64,000 nt of DNA from Octopus sinensis (GCF_006345805.1 NC_043002.1:57040001-57104000), one strand, 5' to 3'. Counted from the first letter of the stretch, positions 24,089 to 36,860 are shown. The notes: generated by a model not told the origin, from the letters alone. A program made the numbers and translations.

Positions 24089-24300
24089 CATATATATAAA
24101 TATAATTTACAAGAAAAGATCCAGAGAAAAAGTTGTCAGGGTAGCCAAATGTCACATAAGCGCCTAAGAAATTAGTAACCACACTTGCATGGATGGATGA
24201 TAATACCGAGGAGAAGTGAGACGTGTTTTGGGGAACATAAGAGAAATCGAAAATGGAGACAAACGTACAGAATGTTATTTAAAGCATTTATATCACCACA

Positions 24301-24386
24301 TCACTGACATATGTTTCGATCGATACATTCAAATTAATCCGAGGTGAAGAATGATATGGGATAGTGTATCAATCTCATCAGCGAGG
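24301..24386 (-). ncRNA. Type I hammerhead motif with a canonical GUC triplet, in a Penelope-like fragment (~24100-24470)
   Basis: Minus strand: CTGATGA-GATTGATACA...TGTATCGATC-GAAAC-ATAT-GTC-AGTGA. It has a 10-bp stem II and palindromic stem III ACATATGT; stem I is out of register by 2 nt. Confidence 0.6.
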
Positions 24387-25416
24387 AGGTTATAAACAAC
24401 AGTGCTCATTAATAAGCCATTTTTACAGATGTAAGAAACTATAATATATAATATATGAAAAACAAAAGGTGGATAGGGAATGCTAATAATTTAAAAATAC
24501 CGTTAAGAAATTTGACGTCATAGGATGAGAGAAGAAGAGAAGGAAGAGAGAAAGAGAATTAAAAGAGTTACGGATGGATAAACAAATAGAAGGTGAATGA
24601 CAAATGGATAGAAATGATAAAGGAAAGATTGGGGTGTATGGGATGAAAAGAATAAAGTGAAGGTTGCAGATATTATTAGGTAAGGGGGCACATATTATTT
24701 GAAATAGCTGAAAGTGTGGTTTTTCCAATTTAAACACCTGTAAATTCGCTCTTTATATGTGTTGACCAGTGTATGTTTGGAAAAAAGGATAAACAATTGT
24801 TCGTCCGCACAAAGAGTGCGAAAAGATTTCCCTTTATCATCAGGGAACGATCTTGACAAAATTTTCCAGTCGAAAGAAAATTGTTTACTACAGTCTTTGA
24901 GATGCCAAATTAGTTTAGTAAGACCTGTAGTATTACGTTTATTAATATATTTAAATGTAGAAAGATGATTGGCGATACGTTTTTTAATTTCGGTGGAGGA
25001 AAAACCAACATAAAAATATTCTTTAGTTCCTGAAAAAACTTTACATTGATAAACAACATTTTAAATTTTGCAATTTCCGCTGAGAACGCAAGTTTTATTC
25101 GGAACACAGTTACAAGTAATATTACTATTGATATTATTATTTAAGAAGTGACTATCATTATTACTATTATTGTTATGACAGTTATTAAGAGAAACCCTTT
25201 TACCGTTAAGAGTATAGTTGTTATACGAGAAGATAATTTATAGGAGATTTTTAGCCATTAGAAAGACCAATTCTGATACGATGTGCGTTGAGAATAGAGT
25301 GGTACCTGGAATTTTTGGGGAAGTTCTTTTATGTATCAATCGAAAAATATGTCGGTGATATGGTGGTATAAAGGATTTAAATAACTTCTTGTGCGTTTGT
25401 TTCCATTTTCCATTTT

Positions 25417-25459
<43 letters not shown>

Positions 25460-25464
<5 letters not shown>

Positions 25465-25981
25465 GAGCAAAACACCCCCCGGCCAATGGACGGTGCTGAG
25501 TTGTCAAACATTTAAACTAAATTTTCTCAAAACAACTTGTCCGACCGTCCCATAGGCCTCCCCTTTGAGAAACACTGATTTAACCTAAATTTGAGACACC
25601 AGCAAAAGAAGAAATAAAGATAGACTTTTGCCCCTCCCCCCTTAACAATGGACGCTAACGCCAGTTTTTGGTCTCTTAAATATACTGCATTTTGTGGCAT
25701 TATTTAAAGCCAGTCGGCTTTTTTTGCGCAAATTGCACGTGCATTTTCCTCGCGTACGCGTAGTATCGCTCGCAAGAGCTGATGTACTTGCGCGTACAAA
25801 TGCACGTTTCCACGGCATTATCGATCACATTTTCACCTGGAATCGATTTTTGTAACTTTTTCAAGACTTATACCCGCCCAGATACTATCGGTATCTGCAT
25901 ATCAAATTTGAGCACAATTGGATTGAGGATGCCCGAGATCCTAGAAGACACATACACAGACAGACAGAACGATTTTATATA

Positions 25982-25990
<9 letters not shown>
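25460..25990 (+). mobile_element. Helitron/Helentron-like non-autonomous element
   Basis: Ends in CATATCAAATTTGAG...ACAGACAGACAGAACGATTTTATATAATATATA, a DINE-like terminus, and is flanked by (TA)n. Confidence 0.45.
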
Positions 25991-26015
<25 letters not shown>

Positions 26016-26066
26016 ATATAATATATATATATGTTCGTGTGCGTGTACTTGTGAACGTATGCAAGC

Positions 26067-26097
<31 letters not shown>

Positions 26098-26474
26098 TGT
26101 ATGTATGTATGTATGTATGTGTGTATGTATGTATTTATGTATGTATGTATCTATCTATCTATCTGTGTGTGTATGTATGTGTGTGTGAGTATGTGTGTGT
26201 AGGAATGGGTAGATGTCTGTTTATATTTATAATTGTAAATCCATTTGTATGTCTACAGGTGTGTCTAAAATTGTATTCATGTACAGATTAATCAGGCCTG
26301 TCTGTCGATGTAAAATAAATAAATAAACAAATCCAATAACCACCTGGCTTCAACCAAAAACTTACGCATAACTTAATTTGGACAACACTTTTCTCTACAA
26401 CAGGTAAATTAACGCCAATGCGGTGAATTTGACTTGGGGGGGGGGGAGAAAAAACATAACAAAAAAGACACAAG

Positions 26475-26635
26475 GTAGGACTGATTGTGTGGTTAAGAAA
26501 CTCGTTTTGCAACCGCATGGTTTCGGGCTCAGATCCACTGCACGGCACCTTGGGCAAATGTCTTTTACTATAGCCCCAAGTCAACTAATATCTTGTGAGT
26601 GAGTTCGGTAGAGGAAAATTATGTGGAAGACCGAC
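26475..26635 (+). mobile_element. 5' part of SINE family A
   Basis: TGTGTGGTTAAGAAACTCG...CACGGCACCTTGGGCAAATGTC. Confidence 0.7.
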
Positions 26636-26649
26636 GAATATACACACAC

Positions 26650-26865
26650 ACATGGTTCAAATAACAAAACAGATGAAGCTGATAACAGAAAACAAAAGAC
26701 AAAGTCAGGTTGAGGGAACTACAAGAAAGCGTATTAGTTTGATGCTCAGGAAGAATGGAAAAGTCTTTGACGTTTCGAGCAAACGCTCTTTGTCAGAAAA
26801 CAATAAGAAAAAAATGGAGCGAGAAAGAAAAATACGAAGAGAGAAAAATGTGTCGGGATTAACGG
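26650..26865 (-). mobile_element. Penelope-like terminal fragment with a degenerate minimal hammerhead (26765-26800)
   Basis: Minus strand: TTTT-CTGACAA-A-GAGC-GTTT-GCTC-GAAAC-GTC-AAAG. It is homologous to 34371-34405, but core G8 is changed to A. Confidence 0.6.
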
Positions 26866-27719
26866 TTTAGCATAATGAACTGACCAGAAGAAAAAGGCTG
26901 AGTGAAGGGGAGATAACGGTGACTTGACTGAGTTGGGGTGCGCAAGCGCGTGTATGTATGTGTGAATGGTGTGTGTAAGTGTATATGTGTGAATGGGGGC
27001 GAGCGCGTGTGAGTCTGTGTGTGTATGTGTATAAGTAAACCAGTGCGATTTGTGTATTTATGTGTGTGTATGTGTGAGAGTGTGAGAGGCTGTGTATAGC
27101 ACGTGTGTGAGGCTATCAGGTGTGTGTGTATGTGTATGTGTGTGTGAGGGTGTGTGTGAAAACGCCTGTGTGTAGCAGTTATTGAGTGCTTGTTCGACCA
27201 AAAATTCTGCAAGACGGTGCCTCACAGCTGGCCTACACCGCGCGAAGGTTTAATACAGTTGTGGGCAAACAGCGGCCCGAGGACATTTCTGACGAAAACT
27301 TGGATCTTTTTCTTTGTAGTGCCGCCCTCCTGGTGACGAGCCATGTCTCATGCGGCCTGCTTCTCGATAAAAGTTATCCATGCCTAGTTTAATCCTGGGA
27401 ATGTTTGGTACGATAAATGCTGAATAAGTTAAACTGGTTTCACCGCCGCAGATTATGTCAGATCGCTGATTCTTTTATTATTAAAAGACATAAACAGTCT
27501 GATCGGCAGTGACTGGTAGGGGTCTCTGTTTCAACTAAACACACACACACACACACACCATTGCTGTGGTTCACTCTCAACCACACCTTTGTCGCCTCCG
27601 ACGCCGACGCCGCCACCACCACAACTACCAAAGTGGTCTGTCTTCTATTCGTGTCGAGAATTGTAATTAATAATTTATTCTCTAATACTCTTTGTCTTCA
27701 AATTTACTATTATTCTTTA

Positions 27720-27962
27720 CTCTCTCCCTCTCACTCACTCACTCACTCACTCACTCTCACTCACTCACTCACTCACTCACTCTCTCTCTCACTAACTCAC
27801 TCTCTCTCACTCTCTCACTCTCTCACTCACTCACTCTCTCACTCACTCACTCTCTCTCACTCTCTCACTCACTCACTCACTCTCTCACTCACCCACTCTC
27901 TCTCACTCACTCTCACTCACACACTCACTCACTCTCTCTCTCTCTCTCACTCACTCACTCTG

Positions 27963-28016
<54 letters not shown>

Positions 28017-28025
28017 CATCCATCC

Positions 28026-28105
<80 letters not shown>

Positions 28106-28585
28106 CCCTGGCTAGCTAGCTATCTGTCTATCTATTTGTCTGTCTGACTGTCTGTCTCTCCATCCATCCATCCACTCGTCCATCCGACTGTCTGTCTGTC
28201 CGCTTCTCTGCCTGCCTGCCTGCCTGCCTGCCATCCTGCCATCCTTCCTTCCTTTCTGTTTGTGTGTCTGTCTGCCTGTCTGTCTATCCATTGATCCATC
28301 CATCCATCCATCCATCCATCCACTCGTCCGTCCGTCTGTCCGTTCGTCCTTCTTTCTATCCGTTCGTCCATCTGTCCGTCCGTCCTTCTGTCTGTCTGTC
28401 TGTCTGTCTGTCTGTCCATCTATCCATCCATCTATCCACTCGTCCGTCCGTCTATCTGTCTATCTGTCTATCTGTCTATCTGTCTGTTTGCCTGCCAGCC
28501 TGCCTGCCTGTCTGTCTACCTGCCTGTCTGTCTATCCATCCGTCCACCCATCCATCCATCCGTCCACTCGTCCGTCCGTCTGTCC

Positions 28586-28633
<48 letters not shown>

Positions 28634-28790
28634 ATCTATCTGTCTGTCTGCCTTTCTGTCTGTCTGCCTGCCTGCCAGCCTGCATGTCTGTCTGTCTACC
28701 TGCCTGTCTGTCTATCCATCCATCCATCCATCCATCCATCCATGTGTCCACTCGTCCGTCCGTCTGTCTGTCTTTGCATGTATATATATC
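27720..28790. repeat. Compound (CTCA)n/(CTAT)n/(CCAT)n/(CTGT)n simple repeat
   Basis: Direct reading of the sequence. Confidence 0.95.
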
Positions 28791-28842
28791 AGTTTCTGCT
28801 TTCTCCTCTTACGTGTCATTCATTTTCACGCACTAAAGATAG

Positions 28843-29130
28843 ATTTCTTTATTGACCACGCAGGGCTGAACACAGAAGGGACAAAATACAAAGTAGAGCT
28901 TTTCTTTTTGGGAAGAAGAGAAGGAAAAAAATGGGTCAGATTCCAATCAAAAGGGATCGTGAGGGAAAAAAAGGGTGGGGATGATCAATAGGGGTCGTGT
29001 ATCACAGAAATGTCAATGTAAAAAGGGAAAACAGATTAGGTTTGTCCGTGGATAGAAAAGCCTGCGGAAAAGACCACGGGAACCTTGGGCGATAGTGTCA
29101 TGCAAAAAGAAAACATTACAGTAAGTGACT
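28843..29130 (-). mobile_element. Probable LINE 3' UTR ending in AATAAAGAAAT; its tail is shared with SINE family B
   Basis: The reverse complement of 28843-28885 matches 16718-16760 at 36/43 positions. Confidence 0.45.
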
Positions 29131-29559
29131 CCCTTTTCTTCTTTCGTTTTTCCTTTTGGTTCATAGGATTATGCTCAAGGTGGCTTCGTCATTCATCCGT
29201 GCTATCCTTGCTACATTCACCCATCTTTTTTTAAGCATTCACCAGACAAAACTTCCCTCTCTATTCTTTTTGACCAGAGAGGAAAGTGTTTGTCTCGAGA
29301 CCTTTCAGACGCGTCCACCATATACATTCTTTCGCCATAGCCACAAGTACGATGAAAATGGCTCTCCCTTCCCGTTTCAAGGAAAGAGGCGTGACAATAT
29401 TCACGATAGACTCAGTTGATAAACTGACTCGTCCCATACGCGGTAGCAGTCGTTCGACATAGGCCCACAGGTCGGAAATGGTTGGACACTGTACGAGTGC
29501 ATGTAGGACGGTTTCGTCGCTCTGACCACATGGTCAAATGGACAAGTAAAAGTAAAAAA

Positions 29560-30041
29560 TGTCGAACATAAAAGACATATTAACTAACCTAGAAAAAGAT
29601 TCACGGAAAAACAGCCCTGAGAAATAAAATCCCCATGGAAGTATTGTATGACACGTTTGAGGTACCAACACCCAAATAATTTGAAACTATACACTCTAGC
29701 ACCAGAAAACAGAAAAAGAACAGAAACACTAGAATTGAACCCCAAGCGTAAGAGAGATTAAAACTCTAAGCGGAGTTTAATTCTCAAAAAGGGAGAAGTC
29801 AGGGGAGACTAATTCTAAAAAGGGGAGATGTTGTGGAAGGATTCCTACCACCTCACAAGCGACTAAAGGTGGACTGACTCATTGTTATAAAATAAAGAAC
29901 TGTGAGCGATTGGCAGTTCGGATTGGTAAGCAGTTCACTGTGAGCCGTTGATTGAAGGCGTTGTGTCATATGTAATAGTAAGCGTATTGCGTAGTGTAAA
30001 TACTTTTTTCTCCTCTGCTTCGTTAAATTGTATATCCAACA
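29560..30041 (+). mobile_element. 3' end of an LTR retrotransposon: polypurine tract plus a 213-bp LTR
   Basis: AAAAAGGGGAGA (29817-29828) is immediately followed by TGTTG (29829); the LTR ends CAACA (30041), giving inverted termini. Confidence 0.55.
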
Positions 30042-30139
30042 CCAGGATATAAAAGAACTTCATGACACCTCTTCTCCAAGGCCTTAGAAGTTCAAGTACC
30101 ACCAATCAGTACAGGAAGTCATGGTAATTGTTTTGTGAG

Positions 30140-30620
30140 ATGACAATGGCATCATTATCCTTGATTCACTGAACCGTGACTGTACCGTGGACAGCAAGCG
30201 TTACATTGAGAGACTAAAAGAGCTTTGATGAAACATGAAAAGCAAAGGACCGAATAACATTCCAAATACATAATGACAAGCGCAGCCACACGTATACGTA
30301 GCAACAAATCAAGCCCTTGTGTAATTGGGCTGGTCATTGGTTTCACTTTCACCTCACTGCCAGGATCCGGGGCTCTCTGATTTCCACCTGTTCGGTCCAG
30401 TGAAGGACAGCCTTCGGAGACAACGATTTAACGACTCAGATAAGAAGAAAATGGCTGTGAAGAAGTGGGTACGGTAGAGCACAAGCGAATGTTTTCAAAA
30501 ATGATTCCAGAAATGGGTTCAGCAGCGAAAGTGGTAATCTGTAGCTTGTGACGGAGACTGCCGTGTAACTCTTCCTCTGCAAAGAGGAAGAGTTACTGCA
30601 GCAACTGGGAGAATCTAAAC
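30140..30620 (+). mobile_element. Decayed mariner transposase C-terminal fragment
   Basis: Frameshifted reading gives TVDSKRYIERLK...HND...LGWSL...SDFHLFGPVKDSLRRQRFNDSD...AVKKW. Confidence 0.65.
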
Positions 30621-30717
30621 AACCAATAACACTTGATTTAAAAAAAAAAGGTATGTCCACTTTTGCATTGATTTTTGGACAAGCCGCGCTTGCGTGTATG
30701 TGCGTGCATGCATGTGT

Positions 30718-30748
<31 letters not shown>

Positions 30749-31094
30749 GTATATATGTATATTATTGTTATTTAGGGGAAAAAAGCAGTTTGATTCGGGC
30801 CCATGCAACTAAGCTTCGGCGGCTCTTCGTAAGTCGACCGGATGCAGAGATGGAAATCAAGATGGTTACCGGAAATTTGGCTGCTACTGATCAAGACGGT
30901 TCGCATGGCGTTGTTACAAATAAATTTGAAATATCAGCGACATCAAGTACGTCAAAATAGAGATCCCCCTTGGACGGAATGGCCGGACAGGATGTGGTAT
31001 TTCGCTGTCTGGATAATATTTGTGAAAAACTTAAGTGACATTATCAATCACTGGTGAGGGTATGTGTGTGTGTGTGTGTATGTGTGTGTATGTG

Positions 31095-31129
<35 letters not shown>

Positions 31130-31232
31130 GTGTTTGTGTGTGTTTGTGTGTGCATGCCTGCTGTATGAATCCATCGATGTGCAAGTCTGTTGCGTATGTG
31201 TATATTAACTGGTATGCATATTACTGTACGTG

Positions 31233-31275
<43 letters not shown>

Positions 31276-31278
31276 TTA

Positions 31279-31489
31279 CATAAGGGGGTGCTGAAAATCT
31301 CCTGGGTTTAAAGGTATCGCCTGGTTGGAGACCTGAACTTCTAAGTTCTTTTACAGAACATAGAAAAACTGAAGGACCGCTGCAATAAATGTGTGAATCT
31401 GAGAATAAGTTGCATAAAATCATAATCAACTGATTGATCCTCCTGTATTTTCTTTTACTCAAAGCCAGGAACTTTTCAGCACTCCGTCG
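31279..31489. mobile_element. mariner-derived MITE
   Basis: TIRs GGGGGTGCTGAAAATCTCCTGG / CCAGGAACTTTTCAGCACTCC, with TA flanks. Confidence 0.7.
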
Positions 31490-31515
31490 TATATATATAT
31501 ATATATATATATATA

Positions 31516-31553
<38 letters not shown>

Positions 31554-31556
31554 ATC

Positions 31557-32024
31557 ATATTCTATAATTATATACATAATTATAACAAGGGCTTGGCTTT
31601 ACGCCACACCACGCAACTGATAGAAATAGGAGCTAAAGCTTCTATTACCACCTTAAGATCTCCGAGAAATAACTCACTTTTTTGCAGGTAAGCAAAAGAA
31701 AAATAAGGAATACACAAGGTTGGTCAACTCTGTACCATGAGATAAATTTTCGGGTGTTTCAAAATTTATCTCATGGAGTACTTCCACTGATGATAGCAGT
31801 AAGTGAAATATTTTAATTTTACTTTGAGCTTGAAATCCGATTCGGGTACCGAGTTGACCAACCTTGTGCATTCCTTATTTTTCTTTTGCTTACCTGCAAA
31901 AAAATGTGTTATTTCTCGGAGATCTTAAGGTGGTAATAGAAGCTTTAGCTCCTATTTCTAGCAGTTGCGTGGCGAGGCGTAAAGCCAAACCCTTGTTATA
32001 ATTATGTATATAAGTATAGAATAT
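31557..32024. mobile_element. Foldback/MITE element with ~180-bp terminal inverted repeats and an internal 16-bp hairpin
   Basis: Arms 31557-31736 and 31845-32024 are reverse complements with few mismatches. The internal hairpin is CCATGAGATAAATTTT(31735-50)/AAAATTTATCTCATGG(31761-76). Confidence 0.9.
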
Positions 32025-32089
32025 TTTTATAAAAATGTACCTACTGAGGTTTTTATTTCTGCACTGACCACCTGCTAAAATTATTGATT

Positions 32090-32105
32090 TTACCCTATAT
32101 TAAAA

Positions 32106-32136
<31 letters not shown>

Positions 32137-32176
32137 ATATATATATATATATATATATACACTCATATATAATGCA

Positions 32177-32212
<36 letters not shown>

Positions 32213-32494
32213 TATATAGATGTATATATATATATATATAGATGTATATATATATATATATATATATATACACGAATACATGATGGATTTCTGATATCAA
32301 GGCTACAGGTTTTCCTCTGACCCAGGAACTCAGAAATCAAGTGGACCGATTAGCTTCCTCCAAATACTGTTCATTAACGGTTCGGAGAAAATTCGTAAAG
32401 CATTTTAGGGATTCTGTAGCCGAGGTTTCATACATACACACACACACATACACACGCATTCGCGCACACGCGCGCGCGCGCACACACACACACA

Positions 32495-32526
<32 letters not shown>

Positions 32527-33076
32527 CACACGCACGCTCGCACGCACGCACGCACACACGCACACACCCAACACACAGCAATGAAGCAACACATATCTGT
32601 GTGCAAAATGTTCCATGTATATCCACTATATGAGTGCAAATTAATTCCCCTTGCTGCACTATATATGCATACACATACACATATACACATACACACACAT
32701 ACACAAATACACATATACACATACACATACACGATACATATTCACACATACATATATTCATACATACGTACATACATACTGACACATACGTAGATACATT
32801 CAGACACATAAACACATACATGCACACACACATACATACATATATACATGGGTATACATATATATATCTACTCACACATATGCATATATACATACATACA
32901 CACACACATACCTACACACGTACACACATAAATCCAAGCTAAGTGATGTCCTATTTTATCTTATCGTTTCACGAAAATATTATTTCATAAAACATGACAT
33001 TATTTCCTCATAAAATATTCATTAGAAGCTATTTTATTATTTCATGACTTTATTCCAAATATATATATATAAACAT

Positions 33077-33113
<37 letters not shown>

Positions 33114-33254
33114 CATACACACATATATACATGCATACATATATATACATACATATATACATATAAACATGCATATCAATATACATATATACATGCATAT
33201 ATATATATATACACACACATACACACCACACACACCACATATATATATATATAG

Positions 33255-33292
<38 letters not shown>

Positions 33293-33400
33293 CACTTGTA
33301 TAATACAAATATGTGTGTGTATATATACCCTATTCACATACATAATGTATATGTATATAAATACATGTATAATATTAAACATAAACACACGTGTGTGTAT
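32090..33400. repeat. (TA)/(CA)/(TACA) microsatellite blocks with short unique spacers
   Basis: Direct reading of the sequence. Confidence 0.9.
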
Positions 33401-34155
33401 GTGTGCGTTCAAATCAGTCTTTGGAAAGATGAAATATTCCACATCAATGGCAGTATTCCAACATCCATTCTTGGAATGCGCCAACCCGGCCGAAAGCATT
33501 AGCTTCATCAATGCTTCATCGAACGCCTGATCAATAAAGCGCATCAATAAACCTACATTTCAAATATACATGATCTCTTCATTATAATCACAAACTCCAT
33601 TCAGAATTATATTAGTAATTTATTGACAACGGCTTTGTAATATCGATTTTTAACATGAGGACATTGTTATATATTGTGTTGGCGGGGACAATTGTATGGA
33701 TCTATCCAAGTTCTTAATTTTATCGACCCAGCAGGATGAAAAATAAATTTGGCCTCACCGACATTTAAATTCCGAACGAACCTAGTACTTAGTTTTATTG
33801 ATACAAGACGGTACGACCTCACCAAGATTCGAACTACAAACACAAAGGCCCCCAACATATTTTATACGATAGCTTTATCTGTTCTTTCTATCCATCATCG
33901 TAAGGTAAACTTTTCGCTGAATGATTCCCGGGTCGAATATGGCGAGCCGGCTGAATCGTTACCCACCAGACACAATGTTGTGCGGTATTTCTTTCGATAT
34001 TTTACGTTCTATTCTCAAATGCTCCTTTCGAACAACGGAAAAAACTCCCCCAAACAAACAGAGAAACGAGACATGCAACATAAAGAACATTCTCTCGAAT
34101 GCCACGCATCCTTTTCCAAGTAAGTTTTATCTTAATAATTACGATGCGCACTCTT

Positions 34156-34255
34156 NNNNNNNNNNNNNNNNNNNNNNNNNNNNNNNNNNNNNNNNNNNNN
34201 NNNNNNNNNNNNNNNNNNNNNNNNNNNNNNNNNNNNNNNNNNNNNNNNNNNNNNN
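34156..34255. other. Assembly gap (100 N)
   Basis: Run of N. Confidence 1.
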
Positions 34256-34370
34256 TATATATATACAAAGTTAATCCAAACATGAAAACACAAAGAGAAA
34301 ACACAACAACGCGAGGACGTGGAACAAGTATAGTATTATTGGACGCTCAGGAAGGAAGGGAAGAAGAAGA

Positions 34371-34405
34371 GTTTTACGTTTCGAGCGGAGCTCTTCGTCA
34401 GAAAC
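34371..34405 (-). ncRNA. Minimal type I hammerhead ribozyme (Penelope-type), intact core, in a PLE-like fragment (~34262-34610)
   Basis: Minus strand: GTTT-CTGACGA-A-GAGC-TCC-GCTC-GAAAC-GTA-AAAC. It has a 4-bp stem I, palindromic ACGT stem III and a GUA triplet. Confidence 0.72.
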
Positions 34406-34621
34406 ATAGGAAAAGGAAAGATCCAAAGAAGGGAAGACGGAGGAAAACAAAAACCGTTAGATTAACTTCAACATTTAAATTTAATTTGTCAAAATATTTT
34501 CGTCGCTTTGAAATTGCGACCTGTTCACTGACAAAATTCCGTGCTGCAGCACGGAAAACGTTTTTTTGTGTTTTTAAATGGCTTATAAACACCTTCCATG
34601 CTGCGATTGTATATACATACA

Positions 34622-34745
<124 letters not shown>

Positions 34746-36499
34746 TTAAAAATGAAAGAAATCGAAAAAAGTTAACAAATGAATGAACCTACCGAAATAG
34801 AATATTTTAGGCATTTGTAAGAAAGATCGTGCGAAGGAGAGGTGACGATGAATAGCTCCTTTAATACATCGCACGGTCGATTACGATATATGCGAAAAGG
34901 TATAAATGAATATGAGTGCCAGCAGGAAAAGAGGACGACAAAACCGGTAGAATGTCAAAAGAAGATTTTATTTATGTGTTAATGTGTGTGTCTGTGTGTG
35001 CGTCATAAGTACATATATAATAATAACAATAATAGACAGGCTGTCATGTATACATGATGTGTACGTATGTGCATAAAATGCAGAGCGTTGAAAGAGTCTA
35101 TAACAGGACGTTAGAAGAATGTTCAGACACAAGGACGATAAATACCAGTTCGTAGTAAAGCACACAATAGTTCGTAATAAAGCACACAAGAAGTTGAGGC
35201 GAAGTAGCTGAGCCGATTGAGACACATGTCGTCTAAGAAGTTGTGGCCACTATGCCGCTGCCGGTCTCTTGATACAGGAAGATCTCGCAGGTTGTACTTT
35301 GTGTTAACCATGGTGAAGTAATTCACAAACAGTGAGGAGATAGAACCTGGCGAGTTGCTGGTGTTGCTGTGTATGTAGAGAGGTGCTCTGTGGTCAGTGG
35401 TTAGACCTTAGAAGGTCTAGAACCAAAGACGAAATACGGTGTTGAAGCGAGTGTAGCAATTATGCTATCTTCATTGCTATCTTCACTGTTTGAGAAAAAC
35501 ATTAGGAATGATCTCGTTTGAGATTACAAATATCTTTGACTAGTTTAACCTTGTTGTGTCCACTGATCTGATTGGTTAGCATGTAAGCGCGGTCTGTCTC
35601 TCTACTTATTTCGCGCCAGTGTGTAAACTGACCAATCACGGTTTTCGGATAGGACCTTTCATTTGAGCCATCTTAACTCCATAAATAGGCTGATTATTTG
35701 ATGATTCACCGCCTTTCGGCTTAAGACCTTTTAAGGTCTTGGTCGGGGACCACACAGAGCTTACTCAACCATGTTCCAGTTCGAAAGGCAGACGACAGCC
35801 AAGCCAACCATACTATGAAGACACTATTGTAAACCAGCGACAGACAGAACGTCATCACCAACATCGTCTCTATCTACGAAGATTTCAACTTGTACAATAC
35901 AAGATAAATACAGATTCAACTCATGCTGTTAGTGTGAAAATCTCACCACGGAAAAACAGTTGCAGTATATATATCTGAAAGAATATCTATATCAAGAGAA
36001 AAATATGCACAACAAGTGATTCAACTAATCTCCGCTCCGAGATTCAAATCTTGTTATAGAACTCATTATCGTGTACTACATGAACTGGTAAAATAACTAA
36101 AATAATTCCATTTTAACTCAAATTGTTGAGACTTCTCTTATGCTCTGTTGTATTCGCATGCACCTTATTCTGTACTTCTGCCGCACACACGAACACACAG
36201 ACACAAATATTATAAGCATGCATTCATGACACAACACTGCGCTAATAATCACAAATCACTTTGTACACTGTGAATAAAATCTATCTTCTCTTTATAAAAG
36301 TAGAACGGTTTTTGGCGTCCTTTATTCATCTACTCTGGCACTGCATACAAACACGTATTATGGCTTATAAAATATGTTATGTTGGGATGCGGCCGTGCGC
36401 TGTACAAGAGGAGAAATATGTCACCAAACTCCTCACGTACGGTCGTATTCTAACACTAGCATTTTATAGGGGACCAGTCGGCGCAAACTGAGGCCCAGA

Positions 36500-36610
36500 A
36501 GAGACTGTCTCACGTGACCTTATCAGAAGGCTGAGATTGGTTGGGTTGCACATTGGCGTGCAATAGAGCAAGAGACAAATTGCGCCAATACCAACCAATC
36601 AGAGTAGTGG
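36500..36610. promoter_or_regulatory. Candidate cis-regulatory cluster (E-box plus four CCAAT/ATTGG boxes in inverted arrangement)
   Basis: CACGTG 36511-36516; ATTGG at 36536 and 36552; CCAAT at 36585 and 36595; sits in non-repetitive, CpG-containing sequence. Confidence 0.3.
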
Positions 36611-36693
36611 ACACAACAGGGTCCAAAAGGGCAGCCGAAGGCTAGCTGTTATCTACTACGTCCGTATTTATGTATATATAACAGAGAGAGAGG

Positions 36694-36724
<31 letters not shown>

Positions 36725-36824
36725 TCCACTACACATATAAAAAATTGAAGATGAATAATTTTCATAAAAATCCTCTTTTAGTTCTACGCACGAACGCTGA
36801 TGGTGTACATATACACATACCGCA

Positions 36825-36860
<36 letters not shown>

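Noticed and set aside
29505-29540. Half hammerhead on the minus strand (GCGAC-GAAAC-C-GTC)
   Set aside because: The CUGANGA half is missing; the sequence is truncated.
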